Of a DNA stretch of 64,000 nt, positions 40,295 through 54,821 are shown piece after piece. The position numbers and the translations under genes were made by a program. Position 1 is the stretch's first letter. Every line of letters starts with the position of its first letter. Source of the DNA: the human T2T-CHM13v2.0 reference genome, Homo sapiens; assembly GCF_009914755.1 (NCBI RefSeq), contig NC_060929.1; one strand, given 5' to 3'. The notes beneath the pieces were generated by a model, which made no database searches, had not been told where the DNA came from, and worked only from the letters and a program-made list of their open reading frames with translations.

Positions 40295-40850
40295 AGTATT
40301 CATTATTTATTGCTGTATAACCAACTACTGCAAAACTTAGCAATTTAAGGCCACAGATATTTCTTATCTCACAGTTTCTATGGGTCAGGAACCCAGGGGT
40401 TACTCTTGATTGTAGAACACAACTTAGCTAAGCAGTTGAGCTCAGGGTGTCCCACAGGTTCCAAGCAAGGTGTCAGCAGGGGTTGCTGGCATCTCAAGGC
40501 CCCCCAGGGGATGACTCTTCCGAGCTCATTGGTGTGGTGGTTGGCAAGATTTATTTCCTTGTGGGCATTAGTCAGAAGCCATCCTCAGGTTCTTGCCACC
40601 TGGGCCTCTTTGAAGAGCAGCTTACCATGTGGCAGCAGGATTCATGGAAGTGAGCTGCAGGATTCATGGAAGCGAGCTGAAGGAAGGGTCAGAGCGAGCT
40701 GAGCCTTGGAGGGGCGTCTCACCATGACTGCCTATTCTGTATTTCAAAGGCAAGTCTCTAGGTCCAGCCTTGAGACCCTCACAGGGAGGGGCTTACACCA
40801 GGGCATGAATACAGGAGCAGGGGTCATCAAGGCCTTCTCAGAAGCCCCCA
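40295..40850 (-). mobile_element. MLT1F-like MaLR LTR with an internal 22-bp tandem duplication (40635-40678)
   Basis: ATTGCTGTATAAC...AAAACTTAGC...TCTCACAGTTTCTATGGGTCAGGAA...CAGGGCATGAATAC. Confidence 0.8.
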
Positions 40851-41106
40851 GCCCCCGGGCGTGATCCAGGCACAGGCCTGAAGAGAAAACATGGGACGTT
40901 CATGGAATCGTAGCCAGGAGTGCAGGGGAGAGGCAGGGGCCTGCAGAGAAGGGAGCCGGGGACCCCGGGCAGTGAGCCGGGCAGAATCACCGGGAACGAC
41001 TGGGATGGAAGCTCACTTTGGGTTCACTTTTGTCTAGAACCACAAAGACACCAGCAGGCCTTCCCTCCCGCTTCTCCTGATGGCCTGGCACTTAGGAAGG
41101 ACTGGC

Positions 41107-41411
41107 GTGTGTGTGTGTCTGTGTGCATGTGTGTAAGAATGTAAGTACATGTATATATGGGTACTTGTGTGAGTAGTATGTGAATTTGTGTAAGCATGTA
41201 TGTGTGCATGTGTATGAGTGTGAGTGTACATGCATGTGTGAGTGTCTACGTGTGTGAGCGTGTGCATGTGAGTGATGTATATGCATGCGTGTGTGCACAT
41301 GTATGAATGTGTGTGTGCACGTGTATGGATGTGCGTGTGTGCACATGTATGGGTGTGTATGGGTGTGTGTGCACATGTATGAATGTGTGTGTGTGTGTGT
41401 GTGTGTGTGTG
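41107..41411. repeat. Degenerate (TG)n tract ending in pure (TG)n
   Basis: Directly visible. Confidence 0.95.
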
Positions 41412-44039
41412 GCTGCTCTCTGGCTCTGCTTGGATTGAAAAGTGCTGATAAGTTCATCATCCTTTCAGTGCTCAAGTAGCTTAAACAGAATCTAGCACAA
41501 AGGGCTGTGTGTTTTTTTTTTTTTTAAAGCTTTATTTTGTTGTACAGAAAAATTGGAAACCAAATTGTGGATGCACTGCAGGCAGCAGTGGTGTCGGGAG
41601 AACATCTTGGCTCCAGAAGGCTGCGTGCTGGAAACGTACCTCTCTACACCCATGCTTGATCTCTGCTGCTGCCTGGGCCAGCAGCTAATCCCGCCTGGCC
41701 AGCAGCCGCCTCTTCTGCCCAGCCCCTCTGACCTTGGCTGGACAGCTGAGGTGGCCACCTGGGGGCCTGCTCCACTTTGAGGCTCTGCTCTTTGTCTGGC
41801 AGTGAGGCTGGCACTGCGTTTTCGCATGAGCTGAGCTGACCCAGTTCTGCTGACGGATCACCAGCCAATCCTGGGCTGTTTATTTCCCCTCCTGCATCAA
41901 CCAGGCAGCCCGCTGTCCTCTTATTTTTGTCTGGCAGTGCAAGAGAGGCTGCCATGAGTGTGCTAAGTTTCTGATTTCTGTGATCATAGCAAGATTGTCC
42001 TAAATTAGACACAAGGTATGTGTGCCCACACACTTTGTTGCTATTGTTGCTGTATTTATGTTGTCGATTACGAGCCTGCCAGTTGCCTGCTCATAGCCCG
42101 TGGGTGCAGGGGTCAGATGGCTGCTTTTATTTCCACAGGGTTATTCCCGTCAAGCCCTGATCCTGGTTGTGGTGCCACAGCCTTGCAGGCATTGATGAGG
42201 GGGCTCTGCCCTGGGGCTGGCTGAAGAGGACCCCTGAGACTGACCCAGCACCGAGCCTCTTGTGTTTCAGTGGGGGCTGCCAGGAGAGCTGGCCCAGGGT
42301 CCAGAGGGGCTCCTGGTACTCTCAGGACCCTCAGCCAGGGTATAGGGATCCCTGGCTTTGCAGAGGTCACCCGTCTGACAGACTTTCTCATTTTCCAGGG
42401 CTGGGAGAAACCTTTGGCCTATCAGTGTTTTAGTTCCTTCCAATGAGTTTATGTTGCATCTTATTTATAGCACGTTTTGAAAATTTTTTTTTGATGAACA
42501 GTTTTAAGGAAAAAAACCAAAGGAAGTTAGAGGGCTCCATTGTGCCTTAAGTATTTTGGACATTTGTGGTCTACAATAGACTCAAGTGGAGAAGTTTTGC
42601 TTTCCCCACCATGACCATTAACTTCATACCTAATGTAGAGTGTTTGCTGTCTTTTACCTTAAATTATGCCACAGAATATCATTTTTTAAAGAGCTAAACA
42701 GTATGTGTACCTCAACTGGAATAATCAACAGGATTGTATAGGACAGTCTGGATTGAGGCTTCAAATACCTGATTTGGGGAAACAGACCAGTTCTCCTTGT
42801 CGCATCACTTCTGCGAGGAGAGCTGCCTGACATGGCAGGAGCTGTAATTCCTGGGCCTCCATTTAAACCTCATGAAATGGCTCTTGTGCTTCCAGTGCCC
42901 CTTTCGGTGGGTCCCCAATGTACTAGCAGACTTACCTGGGCAGGGTCTTTGACGGAGACATGGCCCCAGAAGAGGTAGTAAGCCCTGACTGCAGGAGGTA
43001 GGCACGGCACCTGTGATGAGAGAGACTGGGCTTCCTGTGCGGAAACCACTGTCTACAAAGAACTGCATGCACAAAAGTCAGAGCAGACAGGTGCAGAAGT
43101 CACATTGTTCAGAGATAACTGGAGCACGTGGCAGTCTCTCACTGTGTTCTGAGGTAGTTTCTTATGCTAAAAAATGTGGAGTCTTTATGGGGTCCTAGCT
43201 TTTCTTCCCCCACACCTAGGTTGCCATGAACATATTCTCTTTTCAGAATCCCCTGGAATTGTCTTTATGCAAAAGGGCTTATCCTTCCCTCCCTCCCCCT
43301 CTCCCTCTTTCTTTCTTCCTCACTGTTAAAATCATGGCACTCCTCTTGTAGGAAATCTTACTCCTTTCTAAACTGCGCCTTAATTAAAACTAAGCTTTTC
43401 AGCCACACTCTTTAAGGCTGTTCATTAATCACACACTGCATACATAGTTCAAGGGTTTTGCTGACTCATCCCCTGCCATGGGCTCTCTGCCCCGCCCCGG
43501 AGCTTCTTAGAACAAATGGGATAAACCCACTGTTTCTTAGAGAACTCACAGTCTCTATTGACCTGGGCACTATTTTACTTCCCTTGACTCTAGCTAAGTG
43601 GCTCAAATAAGAAGAAAATAACTTAAAATGGAAGATTGGACTCTTGTGCTCGTGAAGGGTTGAACTCCTCATTGTCAAGAAGAGGTTCGTCTTTGAGCCT
43701 TCAACTCAGTGTGGGCGGCCCCCAGGTCCAGGCTCAGCATCACAGGGGAGGGCACAGTGCGGTGATGCCCTCATCACAGTGGAGGTGTCTTGGGGACACT
43801 TTGTCCCCCAGGCTGCCGGCCTTCACCACTGGACTGCAGCTAGGTGATCTGGGTGGACAAATGGGTTAGACCTTCTGTTGATACGGCAGAAACTAAAGCT
43901 TTTGAGAGACAGAAATTACGATGGTATATAAGGCAGAAATGAAATTTACTTTTAAAATATACAAATTGCACAAAAGTTTCAAAACGAGGAGGAAAAATGT
44001 TTACAAAGACCCTACTGAGCTTTTGTTTGTTCTTTTCTC

Positions 44040-44684
44040 AGTGAGTGTGTGAATATGTGTGACTGTGCATGTGTGTGAATGTATGTGTGAGTGTATGAGT
44101 GCACGTGAGTGCATGAAAGTGTGTGTGCATGTGTGCATGTGTGTACATGTTTATTCATGTGTAACTGTGTGAGTGCATGTGAGTGTGTGAGAGCATGGGT
44201 GTGAGAGTGTGTGCATGTGTGTACATGTTTATTATGTGACTGTGGGTGAGTGTATGAAAGTATGTGTGTGCATGCATGAGTGTGTGTACATGTTTATTCA
44301 TGTATGACTGCGAGTGGAAGAGCATATGTGTGAGACAGCATGGGTGTGAGTGTGTGCACATGTGTGTACATGCTTAGTATGTGACTGTGTGTGAGTGTGA
44401 GTGCTTGAGAGAGTGTGTGAATGGGTGTGAGTGTGTGCACGTGTGAGTATCCAAGTGTGGGTAGCTGTGTATATGAGAGAGGGGTGAGTGTGTGTATTCG
44501 TGTATGTGCATATGTGTTTGAGTGTGTATGAGTACGTGAATGTGGCTAAGTGTGTATGTGAGAGTTGTGTGAGTGTGCAAGAGGGTGTGTGTGCATGTGT
44601 GTTTATGTGTAACTGTGTGTGAGTCCATGTAAGAGTGCGTGTGTGGGTGGGTGTGTATGAGTATGAAAGTGTGTATGAGTGCAC
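44040..44684. repeat. Degenerate (TG)n tract with internal higher-order duplication
   Basis: Recurring GTGTACATGTTTATT and AGCATGGGTGTGAG blocks. Confidence 0.95.
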
Positions 44685-44723
44685 AAATCCAGGAACATTA
44701 AATTTGAGTTTTATATTTTATAT

Positions 44724-47488
44724 CGGTGGTCCCATCCCTAACCCTTTTGGTACCAGGGACTGGTTTTGTGGAAGACGATTTTTCCATAGACCGAGTGGGC
44801 TGGGGGATGGTTTTGGGATGATTCAAGCGTATTACATTTATTATGGACTTTATTTCTATTATGATTACATTGTAATATGTAATGAAATAATTATACCACT
44901 CACCATCATGAAGAATCAGTGGGAGCCTTGAGCTTGTTTTCCTGCAACTAGATGGTCCCATCTGGGGGTGATGGAGACAGTGACCCTGAAGTGTGTTGCT
45001 TTATGTCCACTCAACTCTAATCTCATTTTGGTTGCTGTCACTGCAGACAACCCTGCTTCACAAAGATAGGACCTTGAAAATGGAAGCAGGCTTTTCAGTG
45101 CTTTTGTGGCAATCTCAGGATATTCTTTAACAATCCAGAATGTATGGAGATTTGAAGTTGTCTCAAACATACTTCCAAGGCCACATCATTTGCAATCTCA
45201 AGCAAAATGATGGTGATCCTCTTCCAGCGCGGACAAAGTCAGTTCACCTGGCTGATTCATAAACGCGTCGCAGATCCATTCCTTCTCAGTTCGGGGGTAT
45301 TTGGTGATTGGGAAGTAACGCTCAAGCTCTACTGAAAGCTGAGGTAGGTGATCATGCACCAGCTGGGGGAAAGAAGGCCCTGGCTCTGTCTCTTTCACAA
45401 TCTCTGCTAATGTTTGAAACATGTCAGTAATGCCGGTGTTCACTTGTCGCCCCCATAATTCCAGTTTGGCTTTGAATGCAGCTGCTTAATCTACTGACTA
45501 TCTGCCGACTTGAACACAGTTGCCGTTCTCCCCTGAAGTGACAGATTAAGTTTGTGGAGCAGGTTGAATGTGTCACACAGGTAAGCAACGTTTGCAGCCC
45601 ATGCTGTGTCACTGAAATGTGCTGCCAGTGGTGACAGCTGTTTTAAAAGAAATCTCTGGAGGGGCTCTCATAACTCAAAAACTCTGGCCAGTGATCTACC
45701 TTTAGAAAGTCACCTCACTTCTGTGTATCAGAGAAGCCATCTCATCCTATCACACGCATGTCATTCTAAGCACACGTGTATCAGAGAAGACGTGTGTGCC
45801 CTGCATCCATCTCCTCACAGAGCTGCACGAACAGACATGATTTAAGGGCATGTACTTTAATGCGGTTGGTAACTTTACTTTAATTATATGCTGCAAAACT
45901 TTGTTAAGTGCAGGTGACATATTTTGACTATGCAGAATTTCTCTATGGATGACACTGCAGAGACTCACATTGAGAAGTGACCTCTTTGACCCAAGTAGTG
46001 AAACCAGAAAGCCATTCAGTCATGGCAGCCACTCTGTCTGTGCATACACTGACACAAAATGGCCAGTTCAGTTTCCTGATACGTAATCATTTGAAGATTT
46101 GAGTCGTTCTGTAGCTGTGGTGTTTGTTGACAGCAAAAGTACACCTAACATGTCTTCATGCACATCCTCCTGAAGATATATCTCACAAAAACAAGCATTG
46201 TTGCCTTGCTGTCAACATTGGTAGACTTGTTAACCTGAATTGTGTACCAAAGTGACTCATTAATCTCCTCTGACAATTGTGCCTCAGTATCCCCTGATAT
46301 TTCATCAATTACTCTGGTTACGGTGCTAGCCGAAAGAGGAACATGTGCCACCTTTCAAACTGCCACCTCTTCTAAAAGTTCACGACAGTTGTCCTTAGCA
46401 GCAGGCAGGATGAACTCTTCACCAATAGTAAAGGGCTTCTTAGCTTTAGTAATGCGGTTAGCCACCAAGAATGATGTTCTCAGTGCAGACACATTTGATG
46501 AAGGGGTGGCCTTCACTAATTGCTTCTGTTCTTCATGTTCATGTTTTTTCCTTTGAAAAACTCCAAAGGCATATCTTTTAATGCAGAGTGCTTGGTATCC
46601 ATGTGGTGAAGCAATTTTAAAGGTTTCACGGCTTCATTGGAGAGTCACCACATAGTATACAGAGTGGGCTTGGAAAATGCGAATCACCTGTTGGAATGAA
46701 CCTGTAATTTAAATAGGACTCTTGGTCTTTTCTTCTAAATGCAGCTTGCTTTATGTTGTCAGTCTTAGGGTCTTCTGCTGTCTCATGATTGGGTCTTTCC
46801 CCCTTTTCAAATAAGCTTTCCAGTGACATTTGTTTTTTACTGATTTTGGCTAGGGTTAGCTTGTGGGCTTACCGAAACTGTTACTGAGACAATTGTACAG
46901 TGCAGGAAAGAGGCGTGGACAGAAGTGGTAAATAAAATAATGGTAGGCCATGTGTGGATTAAAATAAATGTCAGATTCTGACTTAAAGCCTGCCATCGGA
47001 TGCAACTGTACGATTGAAGTACATCAACTCGCCACCAGAAAGCCTTCCACCAGATGCAGCTTAATTGTCGCTTGCCACTCTCTGATAGGGTTTTGATATG
47101 AGTCTGCAAGCAATTGATTTGTTAGGGTCTTTGTGCAATCAAACCTCTTGCTACTGTTAATCTGTATTTTCAGCCACTGCCCACACTAGCATTACTGTCT
47201 CAGCTCCACCTCAGAAGATCATCAGGCATAAGATTCTCATAAGGAGCATGCAACCTAGATCCCTTGCATGACCAGTTCACAAGAGGATTCACGCTTCTAT
47301 GAGAATCTAATGTCACCACTGACCTGACAGGAGGCGGAGCTCAGGTGGTCGTGCAAGCGATAGGAAGCAGCTGTGAATACAGGTGAAGCTTCGCTGGCTC
47401 ACCCGCTGCTCGCCTCCTTCTGTGTGGCCAAGTTCCTAACGGGCTATGAATCAGTACCGGTCTGTGGCCTTGGGGTTGAGGACCCCTG
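44724..47488 (-). mobile_element. Full-length Charlie3 (parent of MER1A/B) hAT DNA transposon
   Basis: MER1-type ends (CGGTGGTCCC...CCTTTTGGTACCAGGGAC; GGGGTTGAGGACCCCTG); about 2.77 kb; 8-bp TSD TTTTATAT/TTTCATAT; internal transposase remnants. Confidence 0.9.
44916..46844 (-). pseudogene. Disrupted hAT (Charlie/Buster-type) transposase
   Basis: Collinear frameshifted fragments: BED-finger region (YLNYRFI..PLCILCG), IQVNKSTNV (decayed LQxDESTD), SVIHRE (CxxH region) and the dimerisation domain EYPEIATKALKSLLPFSRSYLCEAGLS. Confidence 0.88.
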
Positions 47489-48024
47489 TTTCATATAACA
47501 TTATTCATTTATTTTAAGTTTTTAATTAGCTATAATTTTTACCATGTAAACAATGGGAACATGAAACACAAAGAGGTAATTTAGTAGTCTTCTGGTTTCA
47601 AAATCCCAAGTGTTTACGTTACTAGGCAATTGATTTTGTGTGTGTGTTTGTATTTGTATGCATGTCTATTAGTAGTATCGTTTTCTGCTGCATTTTAGAA
47701 AAGTGGTTGAAAGTTAATGATTACAAGGATGACCCATAGACCTGACATCATGTTTGTAGTCTAGCTTTCTTTTTCTTTTCCATAGTGAGTATATCAATGG
47801 TTTGGTAACTATTTTTCAATTTTTCGAATTCGGAATTAAACAAGTACTACCTTCATTGAAGTACAATGCTTTTTATTACGTGTTAGGTACAGCGTTGGCT
47901 GGTAGTTTTCTCTCTTTTCTTTGCAAATCAGATTTTAGAAAAATAAATTGATTTCTTAGAATCACTGGTTGTGGTGCATGCTAGTGGGGGGACCACTGCT
48001 AATGGAATATTGAGCACATTAGAT

Positions 48025-48365
48025 AAAAGGTCATGTCCTTTCAGGAACATGGACAGAGCTAGAGGCCACTATAGAGGCAAAGTAATGTGAGGACAAAACA
48101 CCAAGTGCCACATGTTCTCACTTACAAGTGGGAGCCAAATGATGAGAACACATGGACACAAGAGAGGAACAGCAGACACTGGGGCCAACCAGAGAGTGGA
48201 GGGTCGGAGGAGCGAGAGAAGCAGAAAAAAATAACTATTGGGTACTAGGCTTAGTATCTGGGTGATGAAATAATCTGTACATTGAACCCACGTGACACAA
48301 GTTTACCTGTATAACAAACCTGCACATGTACCCTGAACCTAAAATAAAAGTTAAACAAACAACTA
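48025..48365 (+). mobile_element. Older primate L1 (about L1PA13-16) 3' end
   Basis: CATGTTCTCACTTACAAGTGGGAGC...GGGTGATGAAATAATCTGTAC...AACAAACCTGCACATGTACCCTGAACCTAAAATAAAAG. Confidence 0.9.
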
Positions 48366-49467
48366 AAGCATGTGTGATCACAGAGGTTTCAGTAAGCCCT
48401 GGATAATTTTAGAAAGTTCACAGCCAAATCCAACAAGTTCATTGCTCACCACCTTTTATAATATTTCTTCATTGTAGGACATTTGTAATTCCGTCTTGGT
48501 TTGGCTTCTTTCAGAAGGCTGGATCAGGGGAGCTGGGTCCTTTCTTTAATTTCTGCTGTTATTTGAGTATTTCTTTCTCTTTGGCCTTGACTATCTTTGA
48601 CCCTTGGCCATTATGATAGTCTCTAGTCTCACTCATTTCTTTTTTAGATAAGCATTTTGTATTTTTAGCTGATGTTGGAATGGGACTTTTTTCTAGTATA
48701 TTTTGTAACAAGCTATTGGTAACACAAAGTTGTAGCATTTTATATTCATATTGAATTTGACGAACTTACTGTGCTTCTAGATTAGTTCCAATGGCTTTTA
48801 AAAATAAGTTCATTTTTTACCCCCTAGGAGTCCCCCTGTACTTCTAGGGGGAAAAAAAGATACTTTCACCTATTTTCCAGGTTTTCTTCTTCTTTCTGCT
48901 TTGTACCTTATAATATCTATGTTTAACTTCCAGAAACATGGTAAACATTAGAGAACTTATCAGTCATAATGCTCTGATTCTTGATTTCAGTGGGAAGGTT
49001 GCTTGAGTTTTAGATAAGATTTTTCTTATTGATTTAAGATAGCTGTCCTTTATCATTTGAGTATTTAAAAAAATCTGTTTTGCTAACAATTTTAATCTGT
49101 AATTGTTGTTGAATTATACCAAAGGCCTTTTAAGTGTCCATTAAAATATTTGTTTTCTGATTTGATCTTTTGAGGTGACAGGTTAATATTGTAGTAATAG
49201 ATATCTTAATGTTAAATTGCATATTATATTTTGTTGAAATGTTCTTTAAATGCATTAATTCAATTTGTTGATAGTTTAGGATTTTTATATCTCTATTTAC
49301 ATGTATGCAACCTCTGTCAAATGACGGTATCAGATTGTGTTAGCTACTTAAAATGAATCAAAAAACTTCTTATATTCTCCTGCACATTCTATCAGTGTCA
49401 TTAATGATCATTTCCTTGACTCTGTAAAAGAATTACCCGAAGACTTATAAACATATTTGTGGCTTTA

Positions 49468-49785
49468 AAATATATATAATTTATATGTTTATATACAATA
49501 TATATTTTACACATAAATAAATATTTTCTATGTTTATATTATATATTTATGACATATTTGAATACATATAAATATGCATTTATAATATATTTATATATTT
49601 ATGATTTACATTAATATATTATAGTAATATGTTTATATAAATATATACTTAATATGTAAATGAATATCATAAATATATAAACATAAACATAAAAATATAA
49701 AATAGAATATTATATATAATACATAATATGTAAATAATATATAATTATATATTATATATAAGTATAAAAAATAAATAATACATAT
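49468..49785. repeat. AT-rich low-complexity tract
   Basis: About 320 bp of nearly pure A/T. Confidence 0.95.
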
Positions 49786-51279
<1,494 letters not shown>

Positions 51280-52298
51280 TGAGATTTTTCTGGGAAATCA
51301 ACTTTTCTGAGATTTTAAGTTTAATTGGCATATACTTGTACAAAGTATGTTTTATTATTTAAAAAATGTTATTTCTATATGATTTTAAGCAATTTTTGGA
51401 TTATTTTAGCAATTCTATTTGATATCTTCTTTTAACTTATTAACATTCATTTTGATCTTTACTGTTACTTTCTTGGGGACCACATTTTTTCCACTTTTTA
51501 TGTACATAATTTTTTTTTTTTTTTTTTGCGTAGATGCTTAGTTTTTATCCATGGTTTCTCTTTTAATAGTGAAATCCTTTAAAGAAATGAAATTTGCTTT
51601 TAAATAGAACTTTGGCCACATACCCTGGGATTTGACAGACTTCAGCCCTAATTAAAATGGCAGACTCTTTAGTTGCTTGTGAGGATGTTTTAAAAGATCT
51701 GGATAGAAGTGTTTTCATTGAAGCTGTTACCAATGCCTATTTTTTTCTGCTACCTTATAATAAATAATATATTTATTACTTATAAATAAAGTCATTTTAA
51801 AGCAATTCTGTATCTGTGGTGTCTGCAGGAGTAGAGTACATCCATGAATACATCTTTATGTGCTTTACGTTGTCCACAGCCTTGGTGTCAGTAATCTGTA
51901 ATACTGAGAGTTTTAAGTCCTGCTCCATTTTCGTTTTTAATCAAATGTTCTTGTTATTTCAATCTCCTTTTCTGTGCAGATTTTGAGGAGACACTATTTG
52001 ACTCTTGAAAATTTCATGATTATTTTCCTTGTCTTACAAATTATCCCTTAACTTGATGTAAATGGTCTTCATTGTCACATTTAATTCATTTTGTCTTGAA
52101 TTCTACTTGGTCTGCTGTTAACAGTTCTCTGATTTCTTTTTTGTCATCTTCATCTTTTTGTTTTTAACTTGTGTACGTTGTTATTTTAGTCTGTCTTCTG
52201 TAAGCAGCTCATTGATTGACATTGCTTGTTAGCCCAGTTTGAGTGTCTCTGTCCTTTCTGTTAGGTAGAGGTTTGCCTGATTAAATATATTACTGCTG

Positions 52299-52594
52299 GG
52301 CTGGGCGCGGTGGCTCACGCCTGTAATCCCAGCACTTTGGGAGGCCTAGCAGGGGTGGATCACCTGAGGTCAGGAGTTTGAGACCAGCCTGGCCAACACA
52401 GTGAAACCCCATCTCTAATAAAAATGCAAAAAATTATCTGGGCGTGGTGGCAGGAGCCTGTAATCCCAGCTACTCGGGAGGCTGAGGCAGGAGAATCACT
52501 TGAACCTGGGAGGCGGAGCTTGCAGCGAGCCAAGATCTCGAGCCATTGTACTCCAGCCTGAAGAACAAGAGCGAAACTCCGTTAAAAAAAAAAA
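52299..52594 (+). mobile_element. AluSq/Sp-like
   Basis: Full dimer; GCCATTGTACTCC...AACAAGAGCGAAACTCCG; degenerate TSD ATATATT..TGCTG. Confidence 0.95.
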
Positions 52595-53503
52595 CATATA
52601 TATTTTGCTGCTAAGGGCATGTTTAAACTGTCCTCAGATCTTCTTCCTCCTCCTCTTCCTCCCCCTCTTCCTTCTTCTTCTGTAGGGAGGTCCTCCCTCA
52701 AAGCAATATCCTGGATAGCGGCCATATTTTCAGTTCGAGCTCTCCAAGGAGAAGCCAAAAAATCACGTTCCCAGCCACCCTCAGGCAGGGATGCAGGCAC
52801 GGAGCCAGCTCTGCCCATCATATGCACCCATGCTCTTTGGATCTTGAAGAGCACAGGGTGAGTGCCTGGTGGGCAGAGGGGACCTTATGAAGTCCATTCT
52901 CTGGGGTGAGGAGCAGCAGCTCTCTTGTTAGGCAGCAGGGGTGATGGAGGGTCTGGGTCGGAGGTGCAGGTACTCATCATCATGGGGCCCGTGTGTGATG
53001 GCACAGCATAGAGATCTTCATAGGGCACGACCCCTCGTGAAGACTGCAACATCCTTCCTGGCTGCCCAGTGCCCACACTGGACTCTTTTGCTGGATACCT
53101 ATTATCTTCAGCAATTTCTTCCAACTTAAACTGGTCACTGTGGGGTCTCTCCTTACCCCAGCTGGCCAGCGTGGGGCGTCTTCTTAGGGCATGGGGTCTT
53201 TTCAATAAAACCCTGAATGATACCAGGAACAAGGAGCTAAGCTCTCAAAACCTATAATGTCATAACATGTAGACTGTGCAGGGAAGGACAGGTCTCCCGT
53301 GCCAGGGATCTCACCAGATGCAACAGCACCAGCAGCACCAGGAACAATTGTGTGCATGCCACAGGGTGCCCAAGAGGTGGAGTCTAAGGGCCTTCCTTTC
53401 CTGGGTTTCCTGGGTTGCATCCTCGACTGCCTTTCTCAGTTAGTTCACAGAGGCTGTCTACTGATAACCCACCAGTCCCTGAACAACATTATACAAAAAG
53501 CCA

Positions 53504-53841
53504 TGCAGTGAACCGAATGTCCACATCCCATCAAATTCCTAAGTTGAAATCCTCACCAGCAAGGGTATTGGGCAGGAGGGTTTTTGAAAGGTGGTTAGGT
53601 CATGAGGATAGCATCCTCATGAATGGAATTAGTGCCCTTATAGGAAGATACATGAGCACTCTGGAACTCTCTCCACCCTGTGAAGATACAAGAAGTAGGT
53701 AGACTGCAACCTGAAGAGGGCCCTCCGCAGAACCCACTGTGATCTCAGACTTTCAGCCTCCAGAACTGTGAACAATGAATTCCTGATGTTTATAAAACAT
53801 TGAGACTATGGCCCTTTGTTATAACAGTCTGCAGTAAGACA
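53504..53841 (+). mobile_element. MLT1A-like MaLR LTR
   Basis: TTAGGTCATGAGG...CTCATGAATGGAATTAGTGCCCTTATA...CAGCCTCCAGAACTGTGA...TAAGACA. Confidence 0.85.
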
Positions 53842-54297
53842 GCTGGTGACACATTTACATCTCAAATTGAATATTCAAATCAGGTTATACTGCTCATTTA
53901 GGGTCTTCAGGCTTCAATGAGTTTATGATTTAGCCTGGTGAGCAAGGGGTCTCTCTACAAAGTGTCACAGCTGGCAGACTCCAGAGAGCATTTTCCTGGG
54001 ACCATCACTGGGTGTGGTAGAGTAGGGGAGGCAGCTGTCTATTTCTGGTAGGTGCAAATGCCCTCATTTCCAGAACAAAATTCTTGGTCGTCTCTTTGGA
54101 ACTGTCTATCTTGTTCTGGTACGGAGAGTGGAACATGTGGTATGTTTTTTGAGAGTATGATTTACAATCTGTTTCCATATTTGCTATAGGTAGAGGGAAT
54201 TTTTCCCAGATGGAAAAATGTGGTTTGTGATGCTTTTGCAAGTTTTGCTTTCTTTGTTTTTCTCATCCCCAGCCTCTCACAAAGTCCCAGGCACCAC

Positions 54298-54746
54298 TGT
54301 GTGAAGCTCGGTGGCCGCAACACATGCCCCACACTTAGTGCTTTAAACCCACACAAATGTATTATCTTACAGTTTTGTAGGTCAGCTGTCTGATATGGAT
54401 CTCACTGGACTAAAATCCAGGTGTTGTCAGGGCTGTGTTCTTTTCTGGAAAAACCATTTCCTTGCCTTTTCCATCCACAGTTTTCCACCCACATCGCTCC
54501 ACCTTCAAGGCCAGTAATGTTGGACTGAGTCCTTTTGAGCCACCATCTTCTGGGTCTCTCTCCAATTTTCTCATCCACTTTGACCCTTGAGATTACACTG
54601 ACCCTTCCCAGATAATCCAGGATAATCTCCCCATCTCAAGGTCAACTGATTAGTAACCTTAATTTCATCTGCCTTTGCCAGGTAATCTAATGTGGTCACA
54701 AGTTCACATGTGGACATCTTTGAGGGTCAGTATTCTACCCAGCACA
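54298..54746 (-). mobile_element. MLT1D-like MaLR LTR
   Basis: TATTATCTTACAGTTTTGTAGGTCAG...CCCAGATAATCCAGGATAATCTCCCCATCTCAAGGTCA...TGGACATCTTTG. Confidence 0.85.
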
Positions 54747-54821
54747 TACTTAGTGGTTTATGCAGTTGTGGAACATAGTGGTTGTGCTGAATTTGGGAGG
54801 AGGTGTGTCAGTCACGGCTAG

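Noticed and set aside
44916-46844. Possible domesticated ZBED/Buster-like gene
   Set aside because: Multiple frameshifts and stops, a decayed catalytic motif, and intact transposon ends with TSD indicate a neutral fossil.
49468-49785. AT-rich tracts (also 9368-9514) as PATRR-type palindromes
   Set aside because: Self-complementarity is what TA-rich low-complexity sequence gives trivially. I could not trace a long true palindrome.
52885-53511. Cluster of 62-115 aa ORFs in unique-looking sequence
   Set aside because: No recognisable domain, poly(A) tail or TSD. Lengths are compatible with chance in GC-richer DNA.
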